Assembly (NCBI GenBank): GCA_964540105.1 | Contig: CAZILL010000001.1 | Span: 1,034,063 to 1,098,062, forward strand | Reading direction: 5' to 3' | Length of the DNA: 64,000 nt | DNA from: an uncultured Ignavibacteriales bacterium | Lineage (GTDB): Bacteria > Zixibacteria > MSB-5A5 > GN15 > FEB-12 | Shown here: piece by piece, positions 45,198-56,100 of the stretch | How the letters are laid out: the number at the start of each line of letters is the position of its first letter | How positions within the stretch are numbered: position 1 is the stretch's first letter | Made by a program: the position numbers and the translations under genes | Notes under the pieces: generated by a model | What the model was told of the DNA's origin: nothing | What the model saw: only the letters and a program-made list of their open reading frames with translations | The model's database searches: none

Positions 45198-48100
45198 CTA
45201 AGGCGAAGTGACTTTGCCTGCAAATCCACGATACCCCCCCCTATGTATCTCCTGCAGCGAGCAAATCGAAATCTCATGTGTGCGAAGGGCGACGACAGCT
45301 TCCTCCGCAGCGACAGCCCCGGAAAGAGTCGTGATACACGGAACTCCGTGCTGGATCGCCGCCGTTCGAATCGCCCAGCCATCTTGAGCTGACGTTGCCC
45401 CAAGCGGCGTGTTGATCACCATTGCCACATCGCCGCTCTTGATCAGATCGACACAGTTCGGACGCCCTTCGCTGACTTTGAGCACACTCTCCGCCATGAC
45501 CCCCATATCCTGCAGGAAGGTGGCTGTGCCGGTGGTGGCCAGAATGCGGAACCCAAGCGCGCTGAAACGCCGCGCCACCCGCAACATCCCTTTCTTGTCC
45601 CGGTCATTGACACTGATCAAGATCGCTCCCTCGTTCGGCAACCTGATTCCCGCCGCCAGCTGGGCTTTGTAGAAAGCAGTGCCGAAATCGGCGCCAATTC
45701 CGAGCACTTCGCCCGTCGAACGCATCTCAGGGGAGAGTTTGGGATCGACCCCCGGGAATTTGATGAACGGGAAAACCGGCGTCTTGACAAAGAAACGGCC
45801 GACTTTCAAATCTTCAGTCAGGCCGAGATCTCGTAGTTTGCTTCCGAGCATCAGACGGGTCGCGATCTTCGCCAGCGGGACACCGGTCGATTTCGCGACA
45901 AATGGCACCGTGCGCGAAGCGCGGGGGTTCACTTCAAGAACATACAATTCGTCATCCGCAATCGCGTACTGGATGTTCATCATGCCGACCACTTTCAATT
46001 CTCGCGCCAGCACACGGGTCACATCCGCAATCTCTTCAAGGTGTTTCGGCGCAATCAGAAACGTCGGCAGCACCGAACTCGAATCGCCGCTGTGCACACC
46101 CGCCTCTTCGATATGCTGCATGACACCCGCGAGAATACACTCTTCGCTGTCAGAAAGCGCGTCGACGTCGACCTCGAAGGCATCCTCAAGAAACTTGTCG
46201 ATCAGCACCGGCTGTCCGGGAGCAGCGTCGAAAGCAGCATTGAGATAGCTGTGAAGCTGGCGGGTGCCGTAGACAATAGCCATACCGCGCCCGCCAAGCA
46301 CGTAGGATGGCCGCAGAAGCAGCGGAAAGCCAAGATTCCGCGCAGCTGCATCCCCTTCATCGATGTTTCGTCCGATCGCGTGCGCCGGATGCCGGATCGC
46401 GAGCCGATCCAGAAACGCCGCGAATCGTTCGCGATCTTCGGCTAGATCGACCGAATCAGGTGGAGTCCCCAGAATCTTTACCCCCGCTTTCGCCAGCGGC
46501 AGCGTCAATTTGAGCGGCGTTTGACCGCCGAACTGCACAATGACTCCATCGGGTTGTTCGCGATGATACACTTCGAGTACATCTTCGAGTGTGAGCGGCT
46601 CGAAGTACAAACGATCGCTCGTGTCATAATCGGTGGAGACGGTTTCCGGGTTACAATTGACCATAATGCTCTGCATCCCGGCCTCGCGAATGGCATACGA
46701 CGCATGGCAGCAGCAGTAATCGAATTCGATCCCCTGCCCAATCCGATTCGGCCCGCTCCCGAGGATGATGACTTTTTTGCCCGGTTGAGGATCGCTCTCG
46801 TCTTCCTCGTCGTAGGTCGAATAGAGATACGGTGTGAATGATTCGAACTCCGCAGCGCAGGTGTCGACCCGCTTATAGACGGGCCTGATTTTGGCATCAA
46901 AGCGGCGTTGTCGGACTAAGTCTTCTTCGGTGTTGGTCAGGTAGCCGATGCGGCGATCAGAGAAGCCGTATTCCTTGGCCAGTCGCAACTCGGCGTCGGC
47001 TATGTCGGCCAGCGGTCTGCCCCGCAGCTGTTGTTGCAGAGCGGCGAAGTGAGAAATCTGATCGAGAAACCAGGGATCGATCTGGGTCAGCCGATTTATA
47101 TCACCGACATTCCATCCCGAGTCAAGCGCATGGACAATGTAGTGAAGGCGGAATTCGTTTGGAGTCGCAAGTGCGGCAGAGAGCTGCTCGCGGGTCATGG
47201 CGCTCGGACGGAACGGCTTTACGGCTTCGAGCGAGCGAAGCGCCTTGAAGAGTGACTCCTTGAACGTGCGGCCGATAGCCATCACCTCGCCGACCGATTT
47301 CATCTGGATTCCGAGTGCGGCGTCGGCCCCGGGAAATTTTTCAAACGCGAATTTGGGCATCTTCGTTACCACATAGTCAATCGCCGGTTCGAACGCCGCG
47401 GGTGTCTTTCGAGTGATGTCGTTGGGAATCTCATCAAGCGTATAGCCGATAGCCAGCTTGGCCGCGATCTTGGCGATCGGAAAGCCGGTCGCCTTGGAAG
47501 CGAGCGCCGACGAGCGCGAAACGCGCGGATTCATTTCGATCACGACCAGCCTTCCACTCTGCGGGTTCACCGCAAACTGGACATTCGCGCCGCCGGTTTC
47601 CACCCGGACACGGCGCAGAATAGCCGCCGCTGCATCACGCATGCGCTGATATTCACGGTCGGTCAATGTCTGAGCGGGTGCGACCGTCAAGGAATCACCG
47701 GTATGCACACCGAGCGAATCGAAATTTTCAATTGAGCAGACCACGACGAAGTTGTCGCTACGATCCCGCATGACTTCCAGCTCGTATTCTTTCCATCCGA
47801 TCAACGACTCTTCGACGAGCGCCTGACGAACAGGGGAGAGGCCGAGCCCGCGATTGACAATGGTTTCGAGCTCTTCGAGATTGTACGCGACGCCCCCTCC
47901 GGATCCGCCGAGTGTGAATGAAGGCCGCACAATGATCGGGAAGCTGTTTTCATCGGCAAAGGCTTTGGCTTGTTGGAAATCCGAGACCAGAACGCTCAGT
48001 GGTACCTCGAGCCCGATACCCTGCATCGCCTGTTTGAACAGTTCTCGATCTTCGGCCACTCTGATCGCCTCGGCGCTGGCGCCGATCAACTCGACACGAT

Positions 48101-48431
48101 AGCGGTCAAGGATGCCGGATTCCTGCAGAGATAGGGCCAGATTGAGCGCAGTCTGGCCGCCGACACTGGGCAGGACGGCATCGGGCCGTTCGCGCGCGAT
48201 AACCTGCTCAAGAAACTCCACCGTCAGCGGTTCGATGTAAGTGCGGTCGGCGAGATCGGGGTCGGTCATAATCGTGGCTGGGTTGGAGTTGACCAACACA
48301 ACTTCGATCCCCTCAGCGCGGAGGGCTTTGATAGCCTGCGTTCCAGAATAGTCGAATTCGCACGCCTGCCCGATAACAATCGGACCGGAACCGATCACCA
48401 ACACCCGTTTGAGATCAGCGCGCTTTGGCAT
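45198..48431 (-). CDS. carB: Carbamoyl-phosphate synthase large subunit
   Basis: It is 1077 aa. It has the N-terminus [26 protein letters not shown], a duplicated ATP-grasp halves layout and an MGS-like C-terminal domain. Confidence 0.97.
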   Translation of the reverse strand: MPKRADLKRVLVIGSGPIVIGQACEFDYSGTQAIKALRAEGIEVVLVNSNPATIMTDPDLADRTYIEPLTVEFLEQVIARERPDAVLPSVGGQTALNLALSLQESGILDRYRVELIGASAEAIRVAEDRELFKQAMQGIGLEVPLSVLVSDFQQAKAFADENSFPIIVRPSFTLGGSGGGVAYNLEELETIVNRGLGLSPVRQALVEESLIGWKEYELEVMRDRSDNFVVVCSIENFDSLGVHTGDSLTVAPAQTLTDREYQRMRDAAAAILRRVRVETGGANVQFAVNPQSGRLVVIEMNPRVSRSSALASKATGFPIAKIAAKLAIGYTLDEIPNDITRKTPAAFEPAIDYVVTKMPKFAFEKFPGADAALGIQMKSVGEVMAIGRTFKESLFKALRSLEAVKPFRPSAMTREQLSAALATPNEFRLHYIVHALDSGWNVGDINRLTQIDPWFLDQISHFAALQQQLRGRPLADIADAELRLAKEYGFSDRRIGYLTNTEEDLVRQRRFDAKIRPVYKRVDTCAAEFESFTPYLYSTYDEEDESDPQPGKKVIILGSGPNRIGQGIEFDYCCCHASYAIREAGMQSIMVNCNPETVSTDYDTSDRLYFEPLTLEDVLEVYHREQPDGVIVQFGGQTPLKLTLPLAKAGVKILGTPPDSVDLAEDRERFAAFLDRLAIRHPAHAIGRNIDEGDAAARNLGFPLLLRPSYVLGGRGMAIVYGTRQLHSYLNAAFDAAPGQPVLIDKFLEDAFEVDVDALSDSEECILAGVMQHIEEAGVHSGDSSSVLPTFLIAPKHLEEIADVTRVLARELKVVGMMNIQYAIADDELYVLEVNPRASRTVPFVAKSTGVPLAKIATRLMLGSKLRDLGLTEDLKVGRFFVKTPVFPFIKFPGVDPKLSPEMRSTGEVLGIGADFGTAFYKAQLAAGIRLPNEGAILISVNDRDKKGMLRVARRFSALGFRILATTGTATFLQDMGVMAESVLKVSEGRPNCVDLIKSGDVAMVINTPLGATSAQDGWAIRTAAIQHGVPCITTLSGAVAAEEAVVALRTHEISICSLQEIHRGGYRGFAGKVTSP

Positions 48432-49602
48432 GAGTGTCGCTTCCGCGCCAGAGTTTGATCATCTCGACAAAATCGGTGAAGAAATCCAGTGAGTCGTGCG
48501 GCCCCGGTGACGCCTCAGGATGATACTGTACGCTGAACGCAGGCAGATCGCGAAGCCGCAGTCCTTCGACCGTATTGTCATTCAGATTGATATGAGTGAT
48601 TTCAGTTGTCCTGTTGGGGAGAGAATCGGCATCGACGGAGAAACCGTGATTATGCGCAGTGATGCGGACCTGTCCGGTGCGCGTTTCCAGCACAGGATGA
48701 TTGCTTCCGCGGTGGCCGAATTTGAGCTTGTATGTTTTGCCTCCCGAGGCGAGGGCGAGCAACTGGTGCCCAAGACAGATACCGGCGACTGGCACCCGAC
48801 CGAGCAGACTCTGGATATTTCGCACAGCGTACTGTAGCGGATCCGGATCACCAGGACCATTTGAGAGCACAACGCCATCAGGCCGGAGCGCGAGAATGTC
48901 TGAGGCCGCAATCTCAGGGGGAACAACGGTCACCCGGCAACCGACTTTGACCAGGCAGCGCAGGATGTTCCATTTCGTTCCGTAATCGTACACCACGACG
49001 TGGAATTGCGACGACTGCCCGAAGGTAAAGAGGCTCTGCTGTGTCCATGTGCCACTGACCGTCACCGCTTGCTCCGCCCACGAATAGATATCCCCGCGCG
49101 CGACGCCGCTCGCCAGATCAGTACCGGCCATCGACGGATGCGCGCGCGCCCGGCTCAAAAGCTCCAGATCGTCAACGTTGAGGTCCGCGAGAATTCCGCG
49201 CAGTGCTCCTTGCGAGCGCAGATGCCGAACCAGTGCGCGCGTATCGATCCCTTCAAGACCGGGGATACCGTTCTCAGCGAGATACTCATCGAGCCCCTGC
49301 ACCGCTCGCCAGTTACTCGCAATGCGACTGCGTTCTTTGACGACGAGGGCACTCAGGAAAAGCTTTCGAGACTCTGCGTCGTCGCGGGTGATGCCGTAGT
49401 TGCCGATTTGGGGATAGGTCATCACGATGATCTGACCGGCATAGGACGGATCGGTGAGAATTTCCTGGTAACCGCTCATCGCGGTGTTGAAAACGACCTC
49501 CCCGATCCCGTCAGAACGCGCCCCGAACCGTCGACCCAAATAGACTCGACCATCCTCGAGGAGGAGTTTTGCGTTGTATTCTCTTTGCAGCGCTCTCGTC
49601 AA
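48415..49602 (-). CDS. carA: Carbamoyl-phosphate synthase small subunit (glutaminase)
   Basis: [13 protein letters not shown], the GATase block GICLGHQLL and HNHGF...QYHPEA are present. It overlaps carB by 17 nt. Confidence 0.95.
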   Translation of the reverse strand: MTRALQREYNAKLLLEDGRVYLGRRFGARSDGIGEVVFNTAMSGYQEILTDPSYAGQIIVMTYPQIGNYGITRDDAESRKLFLSALVVKERSRIASNWRAVQGLDEYLAENGIPGLEGIDTRALVRHLRSQGALRGILADLNVDDLELLSRARAHPSMAGTDLASGVARGDIYSWAEQAVTVSGTWTQQSLFTFGQSSQFHVVVYDYGTKWNILRCLVKVGCRVTVVPPEIAASDILALRPDGVVLSNGPGDPDPLQYAVRNIQSLLGRVPVAGICLGHQLLALASGGKTYKLKFGHRGSNHPVLETRTGQVRITAHNHGFSVDADSLPNRTTEITHINLNDNTVEGLRLRDLPAFSVQYHPEASPGPHDSLDFFTDFVEMIKLWRGSDTHAKAR

Positions 49603-49714
49603 GATTCCATCGCACGGAAGTTTTGGTTGTGAGAGATGAACAATCCCTTGTTCAATGTCGCGCGAACATAGCGGAACGCGACAGCGCTGTCAAGGGGTCT
49701 CTAAGAGAGGTGGT

Positions 49715-51628
49715 TCAGACCGCGGGCAGAGCGGGTGCAGCGGCAAGACCGGGAATGAGACCAACCTGAATCTTTTGCGCCCGCTTCCTCTGTTCGGAGT
49801 CGAGGATAGCCTTGCGCATCCGAATCGATTTGGGGGTTACTTCCACCAACTCGTCGGATCGGATCCACTCCATGGCCTGTTCCAGCGTCATTTTGCGTGG
49901 GACATTGAGCGTGACCGCGATATCCTTGGTCGATGAGCGATGATTGGTCAGATTTTTGCGTTTGGTCGGGTTGCACGGCAGATCGTCGGGTCGGGAGTTT
50001 TCTCCCACAATTTGGCCGGAGTAGATTCGCTCGGTCGGTTCGACAAAGATCACGGCGCGTTCCTGAAGTCCCTCAATCGCGTACGCTGTCGCCGGACCGG
50101 TTTCAATACTGACCACCGACCCCCGATTTCGCGAGGCAATTTCTCCCCGCCATGGACCGTAACCGACGAAGCGCGACGACATGATCCCGAGCCCGCGTGT
50201 GTCGGTCAGGAACTCGGTGCGATAGCCGCTTAACCCCCGGGTTGGTATGGCGAACTCGATCCTGATAACATTCGTGCCGGCATTTTCGACCGTTCGCAGT
50301 TCCCCCTTGCGCCCCGCCAGCTTCTCGATCACGATTCCCTGATACTCTTCAGGGACATCAATGATCAACTGTTCCATCGGCTCAAGGGTGTTGCCATCAT
50401 CGTCTTTGTGCGTAATAACTTCGGGGCGTGAAATGCAGAACTCGAGCCCTTCGCGCCGCATCTCTTCAATCAGGATAGCCAGATGTAATTCACCTCGCCC
50501 GGAGACTTTGACTCCATCGGATCGTCCCAGATCTTCCATCCGCAAAGCGACGTTGGTGCGAAGCTCTCGCAGCAGCCGTTCTTTCAACTGGCGCAGCATG
50601 ATGGCCGTGCCATCGCCGCCGGAGAAAGGACCATTGTTAACGAGGAAGAACATGGAGACGGTCGGCTCCTCGATTTCGAGCGGCGGCAGAGCCGCCGATT
50701 GATCTTCAAGAGCTGAAAAAGTGTCGCCGATCCCGATTTCATTCGGTCCGGCCAGCCAGACAATATCGCCGGCGCTGATCTTGTCGGCCTCGACCCGCTG
50801 CAGACCGCGCGTCACCCACAGATGCACACCCTTTTCCTTCGACGAGTTGACAAACTCCCACCCGGCTTCCTGATCCGACGAATCCTTCCAGCGCATCACG
50901 AGCCGCGTGAAATCTTCCCCTTTGTCGAGTGTGCCACGGAGCACTCTTCCTCCACCGATCTGTCCAATGTAGTCGTTCCACGCCAGCGTGCTAATCTGCA
51001 TAAGGAACGGCCCCTCCTGGTCAACTTTCGGCGGGGGAACATGCTCGATCACCGTTTCAAACAGAGCTTCCATTCCCTCGCGCGCGTCTGTTTCAAGATT
51101 TCGTACAAACCAGCCGTCGAGTCCGGAGCCATAGAGTACCGGGAAATGCGCCTGCTCGTCAGTTGCCCCAAGATCGATAAACAGGTCAAAAGTCTTGTTC
51201 AAGGCGTAATCGGGTCGCGCGTTCGGTCGATCGACCTTGTTGATAATGACGATCGGTCGTAGGCCGAGCCGCAAGGCGCGCATCAGTACATACCGCGTTT
51301 GCGGCATTGGCCCTTCGTTAGCATCCACCAGGAGGAGAACAGAGTCGACCATCGAGAGCACGCGTTCAACTTCACCTGAGAAATCGGCATGCCCCGGCGT
51401 GTCGATAATGTTGATGAGATACTCGTTCCAGCTAACTGTGCAGTGCTTGGCCCGAATCGTTATGCCGCGCTCCCGCTCCAGATCATTGTTGTCCATCAGG
51501 CGCTCTGCGACCTGCTGATTATCCCGAAACGTGCGCGTTGCACGAAAGACAGAATCGATCAGAGTCGTTTTCCCGTGGTCGATGTGGGCAACAATGGCCA
51601 GGTTGCGAATGCGGTCAACTGGTATCAT
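49715..51628 (-). CDS. typA: Translational GTPase TypA/BipA
   Basis: The G-motifs [18 protein letters not shown] and NKVDR are present, with EF-G-like domain order. It has a short Ala/Pro-rich C-terminal tail. Confidence 0.95.
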   Translation of the reverse strand: MIPVDRIRNLAIVAHIDHGKTTLIDSVFRATRTFRDNQQVAERLMDNNDLERERGITIRAKHCTVSWNEYLINIIDTPGHADFSGEVERVLSMVDSVLLLVDANEGPMPQTRYVLMRALRLGLRPIVIINKVDRPNARPDYALNKTFDLFIDLGATDEQAHFPVLYGSGLDGWFVRNLETDAREGMEALFETVIEHVPPPKVDQEGPFLMQISTLAWNDYIGQIGGGRVLRGTLDKGEDFTRLVMRWKDSSDQEAGWEFVNSSKEKGVHLWVTRGLQRVEADKISAGDIVWLAGPNEIGIGDTFSALEDQSAALPPLEIEEPTVSMFFLVNNGPFSGGDGTAIMLRQLKERLLRELRTNVALRMEDLGRSDGVKVSGRGELHLAILIEEMRREGLEFCISRPEVITHKDDDGNTLEPMEQLIIDVPEEYQGIVIEKLAGRKGELRTVENAGTNVIRIEFAIPTRGLSGYRTEFLTDTRGLGIMSSRFVGYGPWRGEIASRNRGSVVSIETGPATAYAIEGLQERAVIFVEPTERIYSGQIVGENSRPDDLPCNPTKRKNLTNHRSSTKDIAVTLNVPRKMTLEQAMEWIRSDELVEVTPKSIRMRKAILDSEQRKRAQKIQVGLIPGLAAAPALPAV

Positions 51629-52025
51629 ACGACAATCAAACCTTTCGTGGGGCGGATAAGTTTCCGCCTCGTTAGAAACTCCGCATCTGAGTCATTGATC
51701 AAACCATTGACGGGAAGATCATCCAAAAGAAACCCGGGTTCGACAATTGCCGCCCGGGTCAATGCAGATTCTAACAAGAATAACATGGAATGTTGAATTC
51801 TACAAGCCCTTTCTTGGACTTCTATGGAGAATGTCGGTCGTGGAGTCGGCCCCGCCGGAAGCAAGAGGTGAGTTGGCAGCAGATTGCCCTGCATTGACTT
51901 ACCAGTAGGAGTTGACGTCGTGAAGAGGATCAGCCTTTCAGTTTTTGTCGTTGACTTTCACTATCTATGATCGCAATTTGCTTAGAAACTACGAACCAGC
52001 AAAACCTGATATCGATGTAACCAAT

Positions 52026-53087
52026 ATGGGCAAACCAGCGGCTCGGATGGGAGATACAACAGTCCACGGCGGGACCATAGTGGTTGGGGCGCCGACGGTC
52101 CTGATCGGCGGCATGATGGCGGCTCGCGTGGGGGACATGCATGTCTGCCCCATGCTCAATCCCGGAGTGCCGCCACCACCCCACGTGGGAGGACCGATTA
52201 TGCCGCCCGGTGTTCCGACAGTCCTGATCTGTGGAACTCCGGCAGCCTGTGTCGGAGACATGGTCACCTGTGCCGGACCGCCTGACACGATCGCGCCTCC
52301 CGGTTGTCCGACCGTCATGATTGGAAGTGGCGGCGGCGGGGGCGGTGGAGCGGGCGCTGGCAGTGGTGGTCTTGACGTGGGACAGGGAGATAAGTCAAAA
52401 AGCTCCGAGCCGCCCAAAGGGCATTTCCTTGACGTCAGATTTGTCGACAAGGCGGGATTGCCAGTTGGCGGTGTCGAGTACGTGATCAAAGACCCAACAG
52501 GCGCCGTGACCACCGGCACCCTGTCGGGTCAACTGCGCAAAGGGGGAGTGCCCGAAGGGAACCATGAGATCATTCTGAAAGGGATCACGAAGGCGGAATG
52601 GTCGGTCAAGTCGGCTCGGGTCGGCGATACGGTGAAGCTCAAGGCGGAAACATCGGGAATCGATGACGGCGAAAAGGGGAGCTTCGACATCTTTATCAGG
52701 GAGTCGCGCTTCGCGCATACACTCTTGAAGACCATCGAGACCACAGTGCAGGGGGATAAGGTAGAGGCCGAATGGGAACTGCAAGTCGACGAAAAGTACC
52801 TCAACCTGCAGCGCGACAAACTTCAGAAAGGGGGTTATTCTTCCCCCACATTCTATTTCGTGGTCAAGACTCCCTACGGCGTTCGCCGCTCAGCCACGCT
52901 CGAGTATAAGGATTGGATCGAGCTGGAATATAAGAATGCCGAGGGGAAGCCGATGGCCAATAAAGAATACAAGCTCTTTCTCCCCAACGGGGAAGTGCGC
53001 AAAGGAAAGCTCGATGGCAACGGTTATGCCAAGATCAACAACGTTCCCCCCGGCCTGATCAAGGTGGTTGTGGATCCCCGGAAATAG
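52026..53087 (+). CDS. PAAR-domain spike-tip protein with a Gly linker and a roughly 240-aa C-terminal extension
   Basis: There are three PAAR motifs (KPAARMGD, MMAARVGD and TPAACVGD), each followed by a ...PTVLIGG/PTVLICG/PTVMIGS strand. A G-rich linker (GSGGGGGGGAGAGSGG) follows. The extension ends in short beta-rich segments, for example YKLFLPNGEVRKGKLDGNGYAKINNVPPG. I preferred the start at MGKPAAR (52026) over the TTG at 51945. Confidence 0.85.
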   Translation: MGKPAARMGDTTVHGGTIVVGAPTVLIGGMMAARVGDMHVCPMLNPGVPPPPHVGGPIMPPGVPTVLICGTPAACVGDMVTCAGPPDTIAPPGCPTVMIGSGGGGGGGAGAGSGGLDVGQGDKSKSSEPPKGHFLDVRFVDKAGLPVGGVEYVIKDPTGAVTTGTLSGQLRKGGVPEGNHEIILKGITKAEWSVKSARVGDTVKLKAETSGIDDGEKGSFDIFIRESRFAHTLLKTIETTVQGDKVEAEWELQVDEKYLNLQRDKLQKGGYSSPTFYFVVKTPYGVRRSATLEYKDWIELEYKNAEGKPMANKEYKLFLPNGEVRKGKLDGNGYAKINNVPPGLIKVVVDPRK

Positions 53088-53117
53088 AATCTTTTCGCTG
53101 ACGGATTGTGACCTCAG

Positions 53118-56100
53118 ATGACCTTGCCGCCATCCAAAGTGAAGTTCGCCGTGACTTCAAAGGGAGCCCTGCCTCCGACGCATCAGAAATTCGAGGTGCA
53201 GCAGGAACGAACTGTGGTCCATATTCTCGAAATGGAAGACGTGCTGTTCCACCACGACAGCGCGGTCATGATGCCCGAGAATCCGGAGGGAACCTCTTCC
53301 ACACAAGGAGGGGGCGCCACCCCTGAGCAGACGAAGATCAGCGGCGTCAAAGCGCTGGCGCTTGTGTTTAAGCAGTTCGAGTTCAATCCAAAGCAGAAGA
53401 TCATCATCGCCGGTCACACCGATACCTCCGGCGGTGCGACCTACAATTTCAAGCTTTCGGACCTGCGCTCGAAGAATGTTCTCTATCTATTGATCGGTTC
53501 GCAGAACGACTGGGCGAAGATCTGCCACGAGAAGCAGAAGATTGAAGACCACAAGCAGATTCTGACCTGGGTGTTCAAGAAACGTCACTGGCCCTGTAAT
53601 CCCGGGTCAATCGATAACAATTGGGATAGTCCGCTCGAACAGGCGCTGACGGCCTTCGTCAACTACTATAACATGGAGTACGCCGACAAGAAGAAAGTGG
53701 CTCGTCTCGACGACAACATGGTCACAATCGTGAAAGCGGACGGCCAGAAGCGCTGGCCCGTCCAGCTTTGGGAAGCGGTATATAATCTGTATAACGACGA
53801 ATTGTGCGAGGTCCTTGCGGACACGCCGGAACAGCTGGACAAGCGCCGCCTTGACACCCTTAGGTTCGTCGAAGACTCCAAGCCCTATGTGGCGTGCGGT
53901 GAGTCCTTTCCGATTCAGGCCAAGGACAAGAGCGACTATCGTTCCCAGACCAATCGCCGCGTCGAGATACGCTTCTTCGATGAGGGAGAAGCGCCGGCGC
54001 TCGACTGCCCCAAGGATGTCAGCGCTGTTCACAAGGAGAAAGATTGCCCGCTCTATCACCCTGATCTCTACGACCCGAAGTATATCTCCCCAAGCGATCT
54101 CTATGCGGTCATGTACCATGTCTGCTTTCGATTCTATGATCGGATCGCCAAGAAGCTTCGAGATGTCCCGAGAGGAATCACGATCAAGGCTTTCGAGAAC
54201 GATACAGTTCCCGTCGACATCGTGCAGGAAGAGGTCGTCAAATCGAATGACTCCTGCGTCTATGCCCTCAAACTGCAATTCAAGACAGCCCTCAACGACC
54301 CGAACCGAAAGAAGCTTCATTTTGAATTCACCACCGACAGCCAGTGGGTTTTCACTGACAGCGACAAAGTCGCCCCGACCGTTGTCACCAAGAAAGTGGA
54401 TGAAGTTAAGAAACTCGCTCTGCCGGACCGGTTCAAGTATTACGACCTGCCATTGCGCTGGTCATCGCGGAATTACTGGACACGCTATGACGGAGACATG
54501 GCCACGGGAGAACGATTTGAAAACGTACTCACAGTACAGAAGAAGCTCAAGCCCTTTGGCGGGAATGTCACTGCCCCCGACACGCCCTTGATCTTCTGCC
54601 TGGACGACCTCGTACTTCTTGATGTCAAGGATGGCACTCAGAACATATATGACTGCGACCATATCCACCCCAACTGCGATGTTGTCGCTGTCGACAAGGG
54701 GAAACCGCTCTCGGAGAAGTCGCGCGTGAAGATTTTCTTCGTCGATCAGACCAAGGGACTGCTGAATCTGTATCAGCCCGATGCAACCAAGCCGATGTCA
54801 AGCCGCATTCCGTTCAAAGTCAACCTGCTGCCGACGAAGGCCGACGACTCAGCTAACGCCAGGATTGTCTTCTTCCGGGACGGTTTCTATACAATCGGCG
54901 ACAAGCGAGCTGTGGCCGACGCCTCCTACGATCCGGCGAAACATGTTCTTGGGGCGCGGGCAGCAGTCAGAAACGACACCGACTTTCATCTCCATTGGCC
55001 GATGGGATACAATCACACCGAGTTCGGCTCAACCGGTGATTACGATCTGCATTATTTCCATCACCAGCATCTTGACGGCAAACATCCGGTCTCGTACACC
55101 ATCTCCTATGTGTCGATCAGTTTCATGATTGACTCGAGGAGACAGCCCGCGAATCCTCCGGCTCCTGCCGCCCCCATTAATCCCAAACCTTCGAAGGCCG
55201 ATGTCAAGCAGTTCGTCGATGAATTCGTCTACGACGCTGTCCGTCATTGGAACAAGAAGCAATACTTCCTCGAAGAAAAACCGGTGACGGAGACCTCGGT
55301 CGTCATTCGCCCCTTCTACTTTTTCGATGAACGCGAGACCTTTGTCGTCCCCGATCCGCAGCCGGACAACATCGACTTCGACACCAGACCCGACCCCGCT
55401 CATCCGGCTGTCTCGAATTTCACGGAACTGTTCTCAAACGTCAAAGCCCCGTCCATTCTCAAAGCGCGCCAAGATGCGCTCGGGGGAAAGTCAAAGTTCC
55501 TGGCGCTGGTGTGTCGTGATGAAAACGGACACTGGGGACCCGCGTATCAGTGGGCGATCCGCACCGAAGGGTATCTCTACTCATTGTTCAAACTCAACAA
55601 GTCGGGAGGTACTGACCAGAACGACGTCTTCAATCCCAAGGTACCCGTCACCGAACACGGGGACTCTTTCGGGGCGCACACGATGGCTCATGAACTGGGG
55701 CATGCTACAGGACAGCCCGATGAGTATGTCAAGACGCTCTACAAGCCGGACCCCAACGACAACTATGCGTCCCCGGATTTCGACCAATTCATGATCCAGT
55801 TATCGATGCCGGAGAACGTGACCTCAATGATGTTCCATAATGGTGCGCCTCGCTTGCACCATTTATGGTATCCGATGCACCAAATAATGGAAGCGACCAA
55901 AGCGGCCCCGCTGAAAACGCTCCTTCCCGACAAGACTTTTGTGGCTCGCCTGAAACGGGACACCTGGGATATCACCTACACGCGTTCGCTGACGGCCGTC
56001 GGTCCCTCGACCCGTCCCGCCGACATGGCTCTGCCAATGGCTCAAACGGCACAGTTTGAAGTCGCCCACTCGCCGCTCAAACGCCTGAATCTGGCGCTCT

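Noticed and set aside
51945-52025. A TTG-initiated 27-codon leader on the PAAR protein.
   Set aside because: PAAR domains normally begin within a few residues of the first PAAR motif. MGKPAARMGD at 52026 fits this, and the leader has no hydrophobic prePAAR/TM character. I cannot exclude it without expression data.
52326-52370. A GGC/GGG-rich run that looked like a simple-sequence repeat or slippage tract.
   Set aside because: It is in frame and encodes the GSGGGGGGGAGAGSGG linker between the PAAR domain and its extension. The codons are mixed (ggc, ggg, ggt, gga, gcg), so it is not a pure homopolymeric or triplet tract likely to phase-vary.
53607-54591. Long alternative-frame and antisense ORFs inside large genes. 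They are 53607..54320 (minus) and 53815..54591 (plus), and also 42983..43750, 58287..59135, 60873..61763, 62060..62905, 45679..46248 and 49000..49632.
   Set aside because: Each is fully nested in a gene whose own frame has strong family motifs (OmpA blocks, PseB, ClpV Walker motifs, CarB, CarA). Their translations are Arg/Ser/Pro-rich with no motifs. These are expected shadow ORFs at this GC content.
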